Positions 46,467 to 46,569 of a DNA stretch of 46,569 nt are shown piece by piece (positions within the stretch are counted from its first letter, which is position 1; the number at the start of each line of letters is the position of its first letter). Source of the DNA: Candidatus Heimdallarchaeota archaeon. Its GTDB lineage: Archaea; Asgardarchaeota; Heimdallarchaeia; Hodarchaeales; Hodarchaeaceae. The notes under the pieces are model-generated. The model ran no database searches. It worked only from the letters and a program-made list of their open reading frames with translations, and was not told where the DNA came from. The DNA is taken from NCBI GenBank assembly GCA_019057635.1, contig DXJL01000101.1, forward strand, positions 1 to 46,569, in the 5' to 3' direction. The translations under genes were made by a program, and so were the position numbers.

Positions 46467-46569
46467 ATGACTAATTCTTCACCTATTGAGAAAGTAGTTC
46501 CCTCTCAAGGTCATTCGTCAATGTATGTAATGCACAAGTTTTTTGGACGAAAACAAGAAAGACTCATAC
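46467..46569 (+). CDS. 5' fragment of a probable DNA methyltransferase (runs off the window)
   Basis: MTNSSPIEKVVPSQGHSSMYVMHKFFGRKQERLI resembles the 'Y.mHKy/fw.RK' N-terminal motif of N4/N6 DNA methyltransferases. Confidence 0.55.
   Translation, partial: MTNSSPIEKVVPSQGHSSMYVMHKFFGRKQERLI

Noticed and set aside
1-46569. CRISPR array, rRNA, integrase or provirus at the tRNA genes
   Set aside because: No regularly spaced repeats, rRNA-like tracts, integrase or duplicated tRNA 3' ends were seen by eye.

Overview
AT-rich archaeal chromosomal segment. The inferred source is an Asgard archaeon (probably Heimdallarchaeia/Hodarchaeales-like), because archaeal housekeeping genes (FEN1, Dph5, aCPSF1/FttA, EgsA, RbkR, Trm5, TrmI, A/V-ATPase E/F/H, intron-containing tRNAs) sit among eukaryotic-signature-like genes. 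Those include a Rab-like GTPase, an Rpn11-like JAMM protease, a putative uDENN/longin-gelsolin fusion, TRAP-alpha- and TRAP-beta-like membrane proteins and an 1865-aa alpha-solenoid protein. A dispersed glycine-cleavage/serine set is present (gcvPA, gcvPB, gcvT, two gcvH, glyA). There are three tRNAs: Leu-UAG with a non-canonical D-loop intron, Val-UAC, and Lys-CUU with a canonical intron. The most unusual element is a GC-rich 1410-bp unit (5446-6855) bounded by perfect 23-bp inverted repeats. It carries only a tnpB with a Fanzor-type rearranged RuvC site and one in-frame nonsense codon, and its predicted guide position falls on the inverted repeat itself. Three coding regions missing from the ORF track were found: an epimerase remnant, a possible ATT-start ORF and a partial DNA methyltransferase. 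All protein calls are by motif recognition by eye; no database search was run.
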